Of a stretch of DNA of 64,000 nt, positions 61,930 through 64,000 are shown piece after piece (position 1 is the stretch's first letter; every line of letters begins with the position of its first letter). Under the pieces are notes generated by a model, which saw only the letters and a list, made by a program, of their open reading frames with translations, was not told the DNA's origin and ran no database searches. This stretch comes from an uncultured Acidobacteriota bacterium (GTDB taxonomy: Bacteria > Actinomycetota > Acidimicrobiia > Spongiisociales > ZC4RG35). The translations under genes were made by a program, and so were the position numbers. The DNA is taken from assembly GCA_963828465.1 (NCBI GenBank), contig CAWHEU010000002.1, positions 64,001-128,000 of the forward strand. Reading direction: 5' to 3'.

Positions 61930-62208
61930 CGAGCGAGGACTCAGGCCGTCGTCGTCCTCGGTTTCGAGGCCGAGTGCGACGAAGATCCGGTGTCTCTCCT
62001 CGTCGAAGTGACTCTGGCTGACCTGATTTGCTGCGTACTCGTCGCTGAGACGGGCGAACTCTTCGTGCAGGTGGGTCTCCTCGTCGGCGGTCAGCTTGGG
62101 TGGCCCGTCCCCCTTGGCCTCTTGGCGCTCCTGTTTGTCTTCCTTCTTCTGCTGACGGGCCAGCTCTCGCGACCGCTTTGCCATCGCCTCGCGCCCTCGC
62201 TTGGCCAT
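61909..62208 (-). CDS. small hypothetical protein, basic N-terminus and SHOCT-like C-terminus
   Basis: MAKRGREAMAKRSRELARQQKKEDKQER followed by EEFARLSDEYAANQVSQSHFDEERHRI; good codon bias. Confidence 0.6.
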   Translation of the reverse strand: MAKRGREAMAKRSRELARQQKKEDKQERQEAKGDGPPKLTADEETHLHEEFARLSDEYAANQVSQSHFDEERHRIFVALGLETEDDDGLSPRSLLHQPR

Positions 62209-62517
62209 ATCAGCTGCACGCCCCGAGCAAGTTGGATTTGATCATGGATGAGCCCTTCCTGGCTGCCGCTTACCAAAGACCCTAACCGTCGGTGGGGGCT
62301 GAGCAGGGCGAACGTCTTCTGCTATGACGTCGCCACCGGCTAGCATGGGGGCACAGCGCACGCCTGATGCGTGCTGCGCCTTTCTTCGCTTCCTTCGTTC
62401 CGTCGGGTGAAGTCACCGCAGGGCCCAAGCCGAGACTCCCCGCTTCACGCGAACCCGTCCCGGATGTCCCGGCGGGGCGTGATGAGTACGACGGCACGAG
62501 CTCAAAGGAGCATGCAC

Positions 62518-62772
62518 ATGTCCACCAACATCTACGTGGGAAACCTCACGTTCGACACCGATTCGCGGCGTCTCGAGGATCTCTTCTCGGAGCACGGCAC
62601 CGTGACCAAGGCCCAGGTCATCACCGATCGTGAGACCGGCCGCTCGCGTGGCTTCGGCTTCGTCGAGATGGGCTCGGCCGAGGCGGCCGAGAAGGCGATC
62701 TCGGCCCTCAACGGCAAGGACCTCGGCGGGCGTCAGCTCACCGTCAACCTCGCCAAAGAGCGCTCGCGTTGA
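62518..62772 (+). CDS. RNA-binding protein, single RRM domain
   Basis: RNP2 IYVGNL, RNP1 RGFGFVEM, DRETGRS, LTVNLAK; AAGGAG RBS. Confidence 0.95.
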   Translation: MSTNIYVGNLTFDTDSRRLEDLFSEHGTVTKAQVITDRETGRSRGFGFVEMGSAEAAEKAISALNGKDLGGRQLTVNLAKERSR

Positions 62773-63042
62773 TCAAAGCCGTCCCCAAGCCAAAGCGCGA
62801 CGGGGCCAAGCACAAAGCGGATCGGTGCACCGGTTGCGGTCATCCCCTCAAGGAGCACCGCCAATCGGCCTGCACCGTCCCGCTGTGCCGCTGTCAGTTG
62901 TCCTCCTCTCAAGGAGCACCCACTATCTGAACTCGATGCAGGGGTATCACGCATGAGTGACGCTCTGCATTAGATGGCGAGCTGGCGGAACCCGTTGCTC
63001 CGCAAACGATTGTCGCCCTAGACTCGCCGGCGTGGATCACCC

Positions 63043-64000
63043 ATGACCACGCCAGTCACCACCGACGTAATCGGAGACGACCTCACCTTTTCCCGCGAAA
63101 CGGACGGGTTGAGGATCGACTATCAGGTCCCGGTCGAGATGCCGGATGGTGCTGTGCTTCGCGCAGACGTCTTTCGACCGATCGGAGAGGGCACCTACCC
63201 GGTGATCCTCACTCATGGCGTGTACGCCAAAGGTCTCCCGTTCAACGGGCCCATCTACAAGATGCAGTGGGACAAGCTCGTGGCCAAGGATCCGAGCGTC
63301 CTCGACGGCTCGACCAACAAGCACCAGGCCTGGGAGGTAACCGACCCGGAGCGGTGGGTGCCCCACGGTTACGCCCTGGCCCGGGTCGACTCCCGGGGAG
63401 CCGGGTGGTCGCCGGGAGTGCTCTGGCCCCGCAACCCGCTCGAGTTCGACGACATCGCGAACTCAGTGGAATGGGCGGGGACCCAGCCCTGGAGCACCGG
63501 GCGGGTCGGCATCCTCGGCATCTCCTACTACGCGGTCATGGGATGGGCCGCGGCGGAGCGCCAGCCCGAGCACTTGACCGCCCTCATCGCTTGGGAGGGC
63601 TTCACCGACTCCTATAGGGACGCCTACTACCACGGCGGCATCCTCAGCGAGTTCACCAGACGTTGGCAGGAGCGCCAGATCAACCCGATCCAGTACGGCC
63701 AGGGAGAACGCGCCCCGGTCAACCCCAATACCGGCCAGTCGGTGGCCGGCCCCGTCACCCTCCCTGAAGACGAGCTGGTGACCAACCGACAGGAGTCGTT
63801 CCCGGAGATCAAGAGCCACCCCCTCTACGACGACTGGCACCACGAGCGCGCCGTGGACCTGTCCAGGGTCTCCGTGCCCTTCCTCTCAGCGGCTAACTGG
63901 GGGGGTCAGGGCATCCACCCGCGCGGCAACTTCAACGGGTTTGTCGAAGCCGCGTCTGAGGACAAGTGGCTCGAGGCACACGGCGACACCCACTGGACCC
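63043..64000 (+). CDS. CocE/NonD family hydrolase (peptidase S15), truncated by the window end
   Basis: My translation from ATG 63043: MPDGAVLRADVFRP, DPERWVPHGY, VDSRGAGWSPG, EWAGTQPWSTGRVG, GISYYA nucleophile motif. Open to the end, so absent from the ORF track. Confidence 0.9.
   Translation, partial: MTTPVTTDVIGDDLTFSRETDGLRIDYQVPVEMPDGAVLRADVFRPIGEGTYPVILTHGVYAKGLPFNGPIYKMQWDKLVAKDPSVLDGSTNKHQAWEVTDPERWVPHGYALARVDSRGAGWSPGVLWPRNPLEFDDIANSVEWAGTQPWSTGRVGILGISYYAVMGWAAAERQPEHLTALIAWEGFTDSYRDAYYHGGILSEFTRRWQERQINPIQYGQGERAPVNPNTGQSVAGPVTLPEDELVTNRQESFPEIKSHPLYDDWHHERAVDLSRVSVPFLSAANWGGQGIHPRGNFNGFVEAASEDKWLEAHGDTHWT

Noticed and set aside
60135-62021. Apparent 628-aa fused double permease in the ORF track
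   Set aside because: An artefact of a frameshift near 60900: the first permease's normal C-terminus and a GTGA overlap at 61005-61008 exist in another frame.
1-64000. rRNA, tRNA, prophage, IS element or integrase
   Set aside because: None recognised by eye. Intergenic spaces are short and show no tRNA cloverleaf or T-loop motif, and no transposase or phage structural motifs appear in the ORFs.

Overview
A 64 kb, gene-dense, high-GC bacterial chromosomal segment, most consistent with Actinomycetota and probably Acidimicrobiia. That placement is inferred from GC content, LigC plus Prim-PolC, an F420-type LLM enzyme, Thr-rich lipoprotein stalks and many apparently leaderless TANNNT promoters. 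About 65 CDS can be supported. Roughly a dozen are broken by single-base frameshifts, clustered in 0-10 kb and 59-62 kb, which look like long-read assembly errors. All product calls come from motif recognition by eye, with no database search. Main blocks: GH15 plus glucose dehydrogenase; three ABC exporter systems; LigC and Prim-PolC; cell-wall enzymes; msrA, maf, dusB, hutU/hutG, deoD, azlCD and an NCS2 permease; an iron locus; a DUF6582-nucleotidyl cyclase fusion; an L-arabinose/arabinoside locus (GH127, LacI, araDBA, sugar ABC transporter); an RRM protein; and a truncated CocE/NonD hydrolase. No rRNA, tRNA, CRISPR array, transposase or integrase was seen. The best candidate for an undescribed system is the operon imelysin - di-heme protein - imelysin - full-length vitamin K-dependent gamma-glutamyl carboxylase homolog. 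It is divergent from ferritin across a perfect 26-bp palindrome. Also notable are a 30-bp promoter/operator motif duplicated in inverted orientation around lacI-araDBA, REP-like palindromes with compensatory base changes, and repeated motifs around the RRM gene.
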